NCBI RefSeq assembly: GCF_009914755.1
Contig: NC_060942.1
Length of the DNA: 64,000 nt
Strand: one strand, 5' to 3'
From: the human T2T-CHM13v2.0 reference genome, Homo sapiens
The notes beneath the pieces were generated by a model. That model was not told the origin of the DNA. It did no database searches and was given only the letters and a program-made list of their open reading frames with translations. The position numbers and the translations under genes were made by a program. This document shows positions 28,855 to 41,504 of the stretch, one piece after another. Positions within the stretch are counted from its first letter, which is position 1, and every line of letters starts with the position of its first letter.

Positions 28855-30747
28855 CTTACGTGGCAGCAGGCAAGAGAGAGAATGAAAGCCAAGTGAAAGG
28901 GGTTTCCCCTTATAAAACCATCAGATTTCCTGAGAGTTATTCACTACCATGAGAACAGCATGGGGGAAACTGCCCCCATGATTCAATTATATCCCACCGG
29001 GTTCCTCCCACAACATGTGGGAATTTTGGGAGCTACAATTCAAGATGAGATTTGGGTGAGGGCACAGCCAAACTATCATTCCGCCCCCGGCCCCTCCCAA
29101 ATCTCATGTCCTCACATGTTAAAATCAATCATGCCTTCCCAGCAGTCCCTCAAAGTCTTAACTCATTTCAGCATTAACTCAAAAGTCCACAGTCCAAAGT
29201 CTCATCCGAGACAAGGCAAGTCCCTTCCACCAATGAGCCTGTAAAATCAAAAGCAAGTTAGTTACTTCCTAGATACAATGAGGGTACAGGCATTGGATAA
29301 ATACACCCATTCCAAATAGGAGAAATAGGCCAAAACAAAGGGGCTACAGGACCCACACCAAGTCTGAAATCCAGCAGGGCAGTCAAATCCTAAAGCTCCA
29401 AAATGATCTCCTTTGACTCCATGTCTCACATCCAAGTCACACTGATGCAAGAAATGGGTTCCCATGGTCTTGGGCAGCTCTGCCCCTGTGGCTTTGCAGG
29501 GTATAGCCTCCCTCCTGGCTACTTTCACAGGCTGGCGTTGAGTGTCTGTGTCTTTTCCAGTCACACAGTGCAAGCTGTTGGTGGATCTACCATTCCGGGC
29601 TCTGAAGGACGGTGGCTCTCTTCTCACAGCTCCGCTAGGCAGTTTCCCAGTGGGGACTCTGTTTGGGGGATTCAACTCCACATTTCCCTTCCTCAATGTC
29701 CTAGTAGAGGTTCTCTGTAAGGGCCCTGCCCCTGCAGCAAACTTTGGCCTGGACATCCAGGCATTTCCATACATCCTCTGAAATGTAGGTGGAGGTTCCC
29801 AAACCTCAATTCTTGACTTCTGTGCACCCACAGGCTCAACACTATGTGGAAACTGGCCAGGCTTGGAGCTTGCACTCTCTGCAGCCGTGGCCCAAGCTCT
29901 ACCTTGGCCCCTTTTAGCCATGGCTGGAGTGGCTGGAACACAGGGCACCAAGTTCCCAGGCTGCGCACAGCAGAGGGGTCCCTGGGTCAGTCACCTGAAA
30001 CCTTTTTTTCCCACTAGGCACCGGGCCTGTGATGGGAGGGGCTGCCACAAAGGTCTCTGACATGCCCTAGAGACATTTTCCCCATTGTCTTGGTGATTAA
30101 CATTTGGCTCCTCACTGCTTATGCAAATTTCTGCAGCCAGCTTGAATTTCTCCTCAGAAAATGGGTTTTTATTCTCTATCACATTGTCAGGCTGCAAATT
30201 TTCTGGACTTTTATGCTCTGTTTCCCTTTTAAAACGGAATGCTTTTAACAGCACCCAAGTCACCTCTTGAATGCTTTGCTGCTTAGAAATTTCTTCTGCC
30301 AGATACCCGAAATCATCTCCCTCAAGTTCAAAGTTCCACATACCTCTAGGGCAGGGGCAAAATGCTGTCAGTCTCTTTGCTAAAACATAGCAACAGCCAC
30401 CTTTACTCCAGTTCCCAACAAATTCCTCATCTCTATCTGAGATCACCCCAACCTGGATTTCATTGTCCATATCATTATCAGCATTTTGGTCAAAGCCATT
30501 CAACAAGTCTCTAGGAGGTTCCAAACTTTCTCACATTTTCCTGTCTTCTTCTGAGCCCTCCAAACCGTTCCAACCTCTGCCTGTTACCCAGTTCCAAAGT
30601 TGCTTCCACATTTTCGGGTATCTTTACATACAGCAGCAACCCACTCTACCGGTACCAATTTATTCTATTAGTCCATTTTCATGCTGCTGATAAAGACATA
30701 CCTAAGACTGCGTAAATTATAAAGAAAAAGAGATTTAATGGACTCAC

Positions 30748-30801
30748 AGTTCCACGTGGCTGGGGAGGCCTCACAATCATGGTGGAAGGCGAAAGGCACG
30801 T
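30748..30801 (-). CDS. INO80C: INO80C alternative cassette exon A, derived from the THE1 5' LTR (TCLSPSTMIVRPPQPRGT)
   Basis: Acceptor ...ccatgtaAG|ACG and donor ACT|GTGAGT; 54 nt, phase 0-0, no stop. Matches my recollection of the 36-aa insert of a 228-aa INO80C isoform (not verifiable here). Confidence 0.75.
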
Positions 30802-31991
30802 CTTACATGGCAGCAGGCAAGAGAGAGAATGAGAACCAAGTGAAAGGGGTTTCCCATTACAAAACCATCAGATGTTGTGAGGATTATTCACTACCATGAG
30901 AACAGTATGGGAGAAACTGCCCCCATGATTTAGTTATATCACACTGGGTTCCTCCCACAACACATGGGAATTATGGGAGCTACAATTCAAGATGAGATTT
31001 GGGCAGGGGCACAGCCAAACCATATCAGTCATAAAAGATAAAAAGACTAAGGAAGTGTTCTGATTACAGGAGACTAAAAAGATATGACAACTAAACACAA
31101 CGTGTGATCCTGGATTGGATTCTGAACCAGATAAGGGACAAGAATAAAGTCTGTGTATTAAATATCAGTGTTGTATCAGAGTTAACTTCCTGAATTTGAT
31201 AAAATTTGGAATGATCTCTCCTCACTACCTTCCCACACTCCTCTCCAGGGCCTCTGCATGTGGGCATCTGGGCCCTCCTCTGTTAACACCCCTCTTCTGT
31301 CTGGACTGCCCCTCACTTCATCTTTCCCCCATGCACGGTCTTTCCTAACTGTCCTTATGTAAGAGAATGACTTTGGTTTTAAGAAATTCACACTGAAATA
31401 TTTAGAGGATTAAAAAAAAAAAATACAGTGACCAAGTGAAGCCTCCCCAAGAGGCACACCCAGCTGCGAATGAGCCAGAGGTCATGACTCCTGGTTCCTG
31501 AGAAGGAAGGTGGAGCTGGCATGCAGGGCAGGAAGGGTGACAAGTGATCGCTCTTTCAGGAGGTGGTGGTACAAAGGCAAAGGAGAAAGCCCAGGCCCAC
31601 TGGAAGGAACATGGGGTGAGCCGGTCCAAGGAGACCCGCCAGCATTAGCAGAAGGAAAGCAACCATTCTCCCAATCATCTAACCATTCATAGAGTGTGCC
31701 ACAGGACTACTCAATGCCCTGGACTGTCAGGAGACTGGGCCTACGAGTGGCCTAAATTAAATTAGCAGGAGAGATAACCCTGAGAGCTATCCAGTAAGCA
31801 CCACGTCAAAAGAAAAACAAAACACCCCCACTAGGGACAACTTCAGGTCTAATTCAGGGTAAACAGGCTATGAAAGAGATTTCCTGGGGCCAGATATGCT
31901 TTAAGTTTCAACTTTATCGTTTGAGTTTCTCATAAAGAATATAACTACTGATATAATACTGTTGCCATCAGGGAGGAAAAAACCAATCTGA

Positions 31992-32478
<487 letters not shown>

Positions 32479-34414
32479 AAATACTGTTATTTCTCCTTTT
32501 CAGTTTATTCCACTTCCCCAATCCCAGTGAGGAAGCTCAAAGGTGCTGTGTGCCCAATGAAAGGAAAGCAATACAGGGGGATTCTTCTGACATAGGCGTT
32601 TAGTTCCAAGGCCCCAGGGAGACAGGGGAGAAAAATGCCAGACAGGGGCCCTCGTTAGATTCAGGCAGACAAGCACGTCTGCTGAGAGTAAGGAGAGGGT
32701 GGTAATGAAGAGAGGACCAGAGGTCTAAGTCAGCCATTCCAGGCAGCAAGCTAGAGAAGAGTCAAGAAGAGGATGAAAATGACACACGGAAGCACTGGTT
32801 TTTGAAAGGGACCCCTCCTGCCGGCTTGCTCACTCCATCCTCTGCCAGACCCCCACTGGGAAGTCAGGCTGAAGAGAGGGCAGAGAAAGGAAGCCACCCT
32901 GGAGTGAACTGAGCCACATCATACCAGTGCTGCCTCCTGCTTCTGAGATTGTGGCAGGCTCCCTTCCTTCTCTAACCAGAGACACCCCTGCCCCAGGCCA
33001 GAGCTGGTTTTATGCTTCACTTTCCTCTCCCCCGACCCCCACATTACTACACCCTTAGCCTAGCTGAGACTCCTGTGTCTACTAACAACAGGATGAGAGG
33101 GAGACAGACCTTTAGTCAAAGGGAAGATCAAGTCTGTGAGGCTTGGATGCAATAAGATAAAATTAAAATGATGCATCATTTCCATATTACTAAAGCACTA
33201 TTATCACTAAGGACTTTACAAGATGAACTGTCCCGCCCCAAGATATGAACACCCTAAGAGGAGAGGAAGGAACGCCTAGCACTAAGGGGCGCCCCCTCTT
33301 TGCAGCACTAACAGAGCTGATGTAAGTCTCAGGGAAGAGAAATCCAGCCTGCTACTCAGGAAACACACGCCTATGCTAATAGACTGGAGTTCACAAGGCC
33401 TGGGTCTCGCCCTGCTCTGCTCTGCCCAACTGAAGAACCCAAATCAATGGCTTCATCTCTCCAGACAGTAGTGTGCTTGACTCTGAATCAGACTAAAGGA
33501 TAATTTGGACATTCTGTCTGTGGTTACAAAGAAAGGAGAAAAATATCCTTTGTCTTATTACTGAAAAGTCAAATGTCAAGTTATATCTATGTCATAGAAT
33601 TATAGATGCAAATAGCTGACCCTGGTCTAAAACTGCAAGGTTACTATAGGGTTACTTAAAACAGCAAAAATTCAAAATGCAACCTCAATATCCAATAATA
33701 AAGTCAATTAAATATGAGTAGTTAATTCCTTGGAATATAATGCAGTCAATAGTCATAAAAGACTATTTGACTTTTAAAAGTCTAATTGAGAAGACTATCA
33801 ACACATAGAAATGTTCACAAAATAATGCTAAGTGAAAAACGGGGCACGTAATACTATATACCAAATATAATGATGAAAAACTGTATCTACATGTAGAAAA
33901 CACAAATTATAATAGTTGTTGGGGAAGGAGATTGGGTGACTTTTTATGTCAATTTTAAAAATGAAAAAAAGGTAATTTTAAAAATAGAAAAGAATAACTT
34001 TTAAGACTTAAAATTATCAGGATTTGCTGAATTTTTACTTTTGTGTTTTACAAAAGTTGAATAGTAGGATGACTATTTTTTCAATGAATAAACCAAATCA
34101 GTCCAGCATTATCTGGCTGCCCCTCCAATTACAGAAGATTCTCTCATTATCTGCCCTATCCTCCTAAAGATGCAACTACTGCCTCTCCACTTTAGATGTT
34201 TTATTAGCTGCTTCACAAATGAAGAGGCTATTAAGTAACTCTCAGTCTATAGGTTAATTAGATTTCTCAGTACATTTTATCAACTTTAATACACATTTGA
34301 AAAGCCTAAATTACCCTATATTGATTCAGTAAAACTGCTGCCAAAAGCATTTCTCTGTACCATGAATTTGGTTATACCAGAGATCTAATTAATAATCTTC
34401 TAATATACAAAATA

Positions 34415-34680
34415 ACAGAGTGATATCAAGAGAGGCAGTTAAGAAAAAAGAATGTAGACTCTGGACGGCATGCCTGGGTTCGAATCCCGACACTAACACT
34501 GTGTGAGCTTGGGCAAGTTACACAGTCTCTCTATGCTCTTGGCGTTTTTATCTGTAAAATGAAGTGATCAATTCACAGAGGGTCGTTTGGAGAATTAAAT
34601 GACATAGTACTTAGAAAGTACATAGAACAGTGCCTGGCATGTAGTAAATGCTTGATAAATATTAATTACTATTATTTATC
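34415..34680. mobile_element. MIR
   Basis: CCTGGGTTCGAATCCC...TTGGGCAAGTTA...TCTGTAAAATG...AGAACAGTGCCTGGCA. Confidence 0.8.
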
Positions 34681-35642
34681 CTTATTCCTTTCACTTTAAC
34701 AGTTATCTGTTCCCCAACCCACCAAAATTAATCCCTTCAAAGTAACAACCAGAGTGAATGGAAGACTGCACTTTCATAACATTATTAATCAACAACTGTT
34801 ATAGTGAAAATATAAATCCACAGAATTGTGATTCTAAGATGATTTGTACCACCCCTTAGCAAGCATGAACATTAGTAGTAATTTCTGCTGAACTAGAGAG
34901 AGCCATCTTGATGAAATGATAAAACAAAGTTGTTTTTGTACTACTAAATTATTTAATAGTATTTCCTAACACTGATGTAAAGAAGGCTTCTATAAATGCT
35001 TTTCTCAGAATACTTTTAGCTGAAAAATATTCCCTTCAACTCCTCAGGACTTCTAAGCATCTAAATTTCTAAACTTCTTTAAATTTCAACTAAGCACTCA
35101 ATTTTACTTTAGAAACAGCAAGCATATTTCAGGAAAGTTAAACCCACCTTAAGAATCCATGATAATTCAAGTTATCTTTAACAATCTCAAAAGGCACTCT
35201 AATGTCCTACACGTAAATGTGCTTTGTAAATTTTAAAATTCCATGAAAGTTTTACATACTTTGCCTTTACTTAAGAATCAAAATAGCTAAAATTACTGAC
35301 GTAGGGAAATTTACGTGATGAAAGACCTATAAAATCTCTTCTAACTCAAGAAATACAATCATTTATAGAAAAACACTCACTTCCCCACTAAGGGAACCTT
35401 GGGCAACCTGGGTTAATCTCACAATGAGCACAGCTCTGAACCTGGAATGCCTTCTCCAGCAAACCTCTCCAAGCCAACTTCAAGTCCCTCTGCCTCCCTA
35501 CCTCTCCTTTGAGTACCATCACCAGCACTGAGGAATCATCCTCCTGTGTCTCACCACAATAGGGCACCAACACCTATAATTACCTATAATTAGCTTTGGC
35601 TCAAGGTTAGACATTACTATATCTTCCTAATGGTTTCATTTG

Positions 35643-36268
35643 TGTGATAGGTAGAATTCCAGTACACCCCTGCCACCTTGCAAGTACTCTGCCCCTGGTG
35701 TGCACACAATTTCTCCGAGTTATTCAAGCAGACACTAATCTAGGTGCAGCTACAAAGGGGTTTTGCAGATGTAATTAAGGTCTCAAATCAGCTGACTTTT
35801 AAAAAAGGTGATTATCCAAGTAGGCCTGCCTAATCACATAAATCTTTTAAATCTGAGTCCAGGGGTCAGCAATAAAAGAAGTCTGAAATATCTGAAGCAT
35901 GAGAAGAATTGGACACAAGGGAGATTCTCCATAGCTGGCTCTGAAAATGGAAAAGGCCATGTGGCAAGGAACACGGGCAGCAGCTGACAGCCAGCAAGAA
36001 GACAGGGGCCCCGCAGTCCTGCCGCCCCAAAAGAACAGAATTCTGCCAACAACCTGAATTCACCTGCATGCAAATTTCTCCCCAGAGCCTTCAGACAAGA
36101 ACTCGGCTAACACTTTGATTTCAGCTTTGTGATACCCAGAGCAGAGAGTCAACCCAGTTGCATTGTGTCAGGACTTCTGACCTACAGAACCATGAGCTAC
36201 TAAATGAGTGTTATTTAAGCCACTAAATTTGTGATAATTTGTAATGACAGCAGTAGAAAACTAAACAC
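35643..36268 (+). mobile_element. MLT1-type MaLR solo LTR
   Basis: TTTGCAGATGTAATTAAGGT...GACTTCTGACCTACAGAAC...TTTAAGCCACTAAATTTGTG...GCAGTAGAAAACTAA. Confidence 0.75.
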
Positions 36269-36565
36269 AATGTATATACGTCATTCTCTCCTGGGATGTT
36301 TTTGGTAGTGTGGGGACAAGCTATAATCCTTTGAAATGTCTTAAGCATACTGCTGGGGATGGAACAGAAACAGTACAATAAATTACTGCTACATGAACTG
36401 AACTGAAACAGAACAGAAAGGTTGGGCAAGTGACACAGATGAGGGTGACCTCAAGAAGATTCCTGGCAGCCCTCAGGGGTACTGTGCTTATGCCTGCTTA
36501 TTTCCTATACGCTGTGAAAAGGGAACTAGAATGAAAGGATCACAGCAAGGCAGAAATCTAAGACA

Positions 36566-36831
36566 ACCGGGCACAGTGGCTCATGCCTGTAATCCCTAAA
36601 CTTTGGGAGGCCAATGTGGGCAGATTGCTTGACCCCAGGAGTTTGAGACGAGCTTGGGTTATGTGGTGAAATTCCACCTCTACCAAAAATACAATGGTGG
36701 CATGCACCTGTCGTCCCAGCTACTTGGGAGGCTGAGGTGGGAGGATCCACTGAGCCAGGAGGTCGAGGCTGCAGTGAGCCATGATTGTGCCACTGTCCTC
36801 CAGCCTGGGTGACAGAAGAAGACCCTGTCTT
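36566..36831 (+). mobile_element. AluJ
   Basis: Alu dimer with short linker and eroded tail. Confidence 0.85.
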
Positions 36832-37974
36832 CTTTAGTAAATATCAGTTGGGAAAAGGAGAGTCAGGACAAAAGAAGGCACTATTTCATGAAATGCTCTG
36901 CCCTTTCCAGCTTCTCCTGAGGCTGCTGCTTGGATACAAAAAAGGCCCAGAGGGAATAGAGAGTTAAGATTTCCACCATATTGGATTACTGGGAATTTCC
37001 AGTCTCCTGAAGGCATTTGACCACTTTCAGAAGCTTGTGGTAGTGGAAGTTGATCAACAATCCCTTTGGGGTCAAAACAATTATTCCTACCCATATGTCC
37101 TAGTGACACTCCTTGGTCCTGGCACAACTGGTTATCAAAACGCACCAGTCGCAGGCTGGGAGCAATTACTCACAATACATACATCTGGCAAAGGAGTCTA
37201 ATCAAGAAAGATAATGTAATGAACTTCTACACATCAATATAATTTTTTTTTAAAAGCCAATTAGAAAAAAATAATTAGGCACTCCACAAAAGATCTGGAA
37301 TGTCCAACAAGCTCATGAAAAGTGATTGATATCATTAGCCATCAGAGAAACAAATTAAAACAAGGAGATACTACTACACACTCAACAAAATGGCTAAAAG
37401 TTAAAGACTGACAATGAAAGACTGACAATACTCTGTATTGTTGAGGATTTCGAGCAACTGGCACTCTCATACTTTGCCGGTAAGAATGCAAAAACAGTGC
37501 AACTACTTTGAGAAATACTGTTTAACAGTTACTGAGTTAAATGTATGCCTACCTTCTGACTCAGCAATTCCACTACTTCTCAAGAGAAATGAAAGCATCT
37601 ATCTACACAAAGACTTGTACAAGAATGTTCAGAGCAGCTTCTGCACAAAGCCAAAAACTGTAAACGTTCAAATATTCATCGGGTGTATGTTTATACAATG
37701 CAACAGATGTACTAAACGACTCTCAAAAACATTGTCTCAAAAAGGAACCTAGACAGATGCAAAAGAATATGTTCCCTATTGTCCTGTATTATTCCATTTA
37801 TATTATGTTCCAACCCAAAGTCAGTCTATTGTGAAGGGTGGCTGAACAGTGGGTAACTGTTAGGAAGGAAAGACAGTACTGACAGGAAAATGTCACCTGC
37901 TCTTAGAAATGCTATCTTGATCCAGGCAGTGGCCATAGGTGTATACAAATGTAAAAGGGCACTGGATCTGTAGT

Positions 37975-38227
37975 TTTGTTTTGTTTTGTTTTGTTTGCGA
38001 TAGGGTCACTCTGTTGCCCAAGCTGGACTGCAATGGCACGATCATAGCTCGCTGTAACCTTGAAATCTTGGGCTTAAGTGATGCTCTTGTAGTTGGGACT
38101 AAAGGCGTGCACCATCACGCCCAGCTATTTGTAAATTTGGATGGGGGTTGGGGAGCAGGTCTCGAACTCCTGTCCTCAAGCAATCCTCTCACCTTGGCCT
38201 CTCAAAGTGCTGGGATACAGGCGTGAG
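37975..38227 (-). mobile_element. Degenerate AluJ within an old L1M (~37150-37970)
   Basis: (TTTTG)n tail followed by a reverse Alu with internal deletions. Confidence 0.8.
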
Positions 38228-38994
38228 ACAGGATTCTTGAAGATCTGTGGTTCAGCCAGTATTCTTGAAAATTTGTGCATTGTACTGTGTGTAAATCTTA
38301 CTATAGCAAAGTATTTAATATTAAAAGGTTAAAATAAAAAGCACTACCAATCACCTACAGAAGAAGGAACAAGATTTCTAGAACAGCCACTGACTGACTG
38401 GGTGAACGGTGGTGTCACACCATATGCTGAGGAGCACAAAGTAACACACTCTATCTCTGCTTTTTTGCTTTGAATAAAATGCAGGAGCCAGAGAAAACAC
38501 TAATCAAGCCACTCCCTGCTGAAAATTCATTGCTGGAATTACGGAGCCTAGATTGTTCAGAGGCCCTGACGTCTGAGCCAGGCGCTGAGCTCAGTGCCTT
38601 TACACTCATTACTTCATAACCTTAACAAGCCCATGAGTTAAGACCAAACCTGCCTTTGGATTGGGAAACCCAGGGTCAAAAAAGCACTTTTCTCAGGATG
38701 AGAGAAAGCATACTTATCAATACATCTTGTATTCATCCATGCAGGACATTACAGCGCTATGCGCCTCAAAGACACTGGGTAGATGTCTGCAGAATGGACG
38801 AGGGGAAGACACGCAAATTTCTGAATGACTGACACTCATTAGTCCTGAACCTCATGCTAAAGGCGACCTCGAGGGGAAGAGGCAGTCCTTCTATTAATAC
38901 TAAGTCAGTAATAACCTCCCTACTTCTTCTTCTCTCCTTACAACACAAGGCGTTGTAAGCCCATGTGTCCAAACGAAGGGAAAGAGTAGTCATT

Positions 38995-39545
38995 CACTCC
39001 GCGGGGCAGCGTCTTTCAACCCCAACGGAGACCGCACGCGCAGCGCCCCACATTACGCACGCGCCCTGGCTCGGCTCCGCCCCGCCAAGTCCCGTTTCGC
39101 GACGCGCACGCGCAGCCTGGGAGCGCGACTGCGTACCTGCGCAAAGCTGGAAGCGGACGCTTTTTTCTTCTTACTGGCGCCATAGCCCCCGCCGCTGCTG
39201 CCATTGTGGGAAGGGCTGGCCGGCCTCTTCTTGCTGTTCCGGACTATTCCGGGAGTGGAAGTGGTGGCCACAATTGGAATTTGCGCCGCCATCGCACTCC
39301 GAGTCTTCCCCTGGTCCCCCCACCTTTTTCCCAGCGCGGGCCTTGGAACTTCCTTTCCGCTGTTACTTCCGTCTTGATGCTTGAAAACCCGGCCTGGACT
39401 CCAAGCTGTAGCTGGCTTCTCTCGGTGCAATCTAAAAGGCGGAGCTCGGAGTAGCCTGTGCCGTCGGGACGGGAAGATGTCAGCGGGCGTTGTCCTGCCA
39501 CTCGGGCGCTCTGGGCGTGGGCCTTGGGTGGGGCACGTGCCTGGA
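38995..39545 (-). promoter_or_regulatory. INO80C: CpG-island promoter of INO80C
   Basis: Dense CpG/GC block spanning exon 1. ETS/GABPA-type CGGAAGT at 39371-39365, GC box ctccgccccgcc at 39075-39086, NRF1-like CGCACGCGC x3. No TATA seen near the inferred start. Confidence 0.85.
39137..39292 (-). CDS. INO80C: INO80 complex subunit C (IES6), coding exon 1 (52 codons)
   Basis: ATG at 39292 in gcgATGG context. Translates MAAQIPIVATTSTPGIVRNSKKRPASPSHNGSSGGGYGASKKKKASASSFAQ, recognised as the INO80C N-terminus. Donor CAG|GTAC at 39136, phase 0. Lies in a CpG island. Confidence 0.97.
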
Positions 39546-39615
39546 AATCCCCATTGATAGAGGAATAGAAAATCTCCCAATCTTTTTAAGTAACTACGTT
39601 TTAAAAAATTAATGA

Positions 39616-40141
<526 letters not shown>

Positions 40142-41162
40142 TGAGCATGGAATCTGTGCTTCCTATCCCTGCCGCACACCCCCACCTCCCCACCACCCCA
40201 TTAAATGTATACAGACACAGACAAAATTTTACAGATTTCAGGGAGGTCACAGATCTACTAAAACCTATTTAGGAACCTGAGTCCCCCTACCCGCCTTGTT
40301 CTTTGCCTCATTCTACCCTATATTTTTACAGAACCTTTGCGACATCATATAACTAAATGATTTATAATCGGATGGTTAATGTCTTTTTTGGCTCCTGCTA
40401 GAATGTAATCTGTATGAGGGAAGGGTCAGTTATGTCTTGTTAACTTATCAGTCCCCCCAATCACAGTACCTTGCAAGTCATTGGTGCATTATAAGTGTTT
40501 TTAATGATGTATTTAACGAATGAACTAACTCCCTGCAGTGATTGGTGGAAGCTACTATGTTTGAATACAGGAAGTTGATGTATATGAGTCTTGATATTTG
40601 AAATAAACAGGCTGCACAATGACTTAGAGGTGAGAGAGAAGGAGCAGTTAGGGAAACTTGCAATACTGTTACTGACATATTTTTTCCTTTAGAGAAAGGA
40701 ATAAGCCTACCAGTGTTGAAATGTTCTTTCCCACACCCCATCTCCATCCCTATCCTCATCTAAAGCTAGTCTTTTCCTCATTCCTTAACTCAAGGACTCA
40801 CCTCCAACAAGCCAGTCACCTAAGCAAACTCTACTGTCCCCACCTCCTCCCATTCCTCACCTCCTCAGCTCGCTTCTCTCCTTCACGGCTCCTGCCCTGG
40901 TGAATCTGTATCCCATGTCTACATCTCAGCAACAGCCTCCAGATGGACGTTTCGGCCGCCATCTTTCCCTTATCCATTCCTGACCCCAGACCATCCTTCA
41001 CACTGGCTGCCAGAATGGGATTTCTAAATTACAAATATAATCATACCACTTACTTTCTTACATTCTTCAGGGCCCTTTTGCCTTCAGGGTAAAATTTTTT
41101 TTTTACCTTCAGGGTAAGAACGTTTTGGCTTGTCATACAAGGTCCTTAATGACTGGGCTCTG

Positions 41163-41504
<342 letters not shown>

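Larger units (their letters stand above)
28717..31027 (-). mobile_element. Full-length THE1 (MaLR) provirus, probably THE1C: 5' LTR 31027-30664, internal region, 3' LTR 29078-28717
   Basis: Two ~363-bp direct repeats beginning TGATATGGTTTGGCTGTG-like and ending GGACTAA(C/T)A(C/G)A, with a ~1.6-kb internal region. 5-bp TSD GTCAT at 28712-28716 and 31028-31032; the flanks rejoin an old L1M 3' end. Confidence 0.95.

Noticed and set aside
29262-30524. 229-aa and 177-aa ORFs on the minus strand
   Set aside because: Broken remnants of the THE1 internal-region ORF, a common repeat-derived translation; not a host gene.
39284-39294. GCCGCCAT (YY1-like) overlapping the start codon, suggesting autoregulation by the INO80 partner YY1
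   Set aside because: It lacks the downstream TT of the YY1 consensus and is explained by the common ATG-GCG-GC (Met-Ala-Ala) start.
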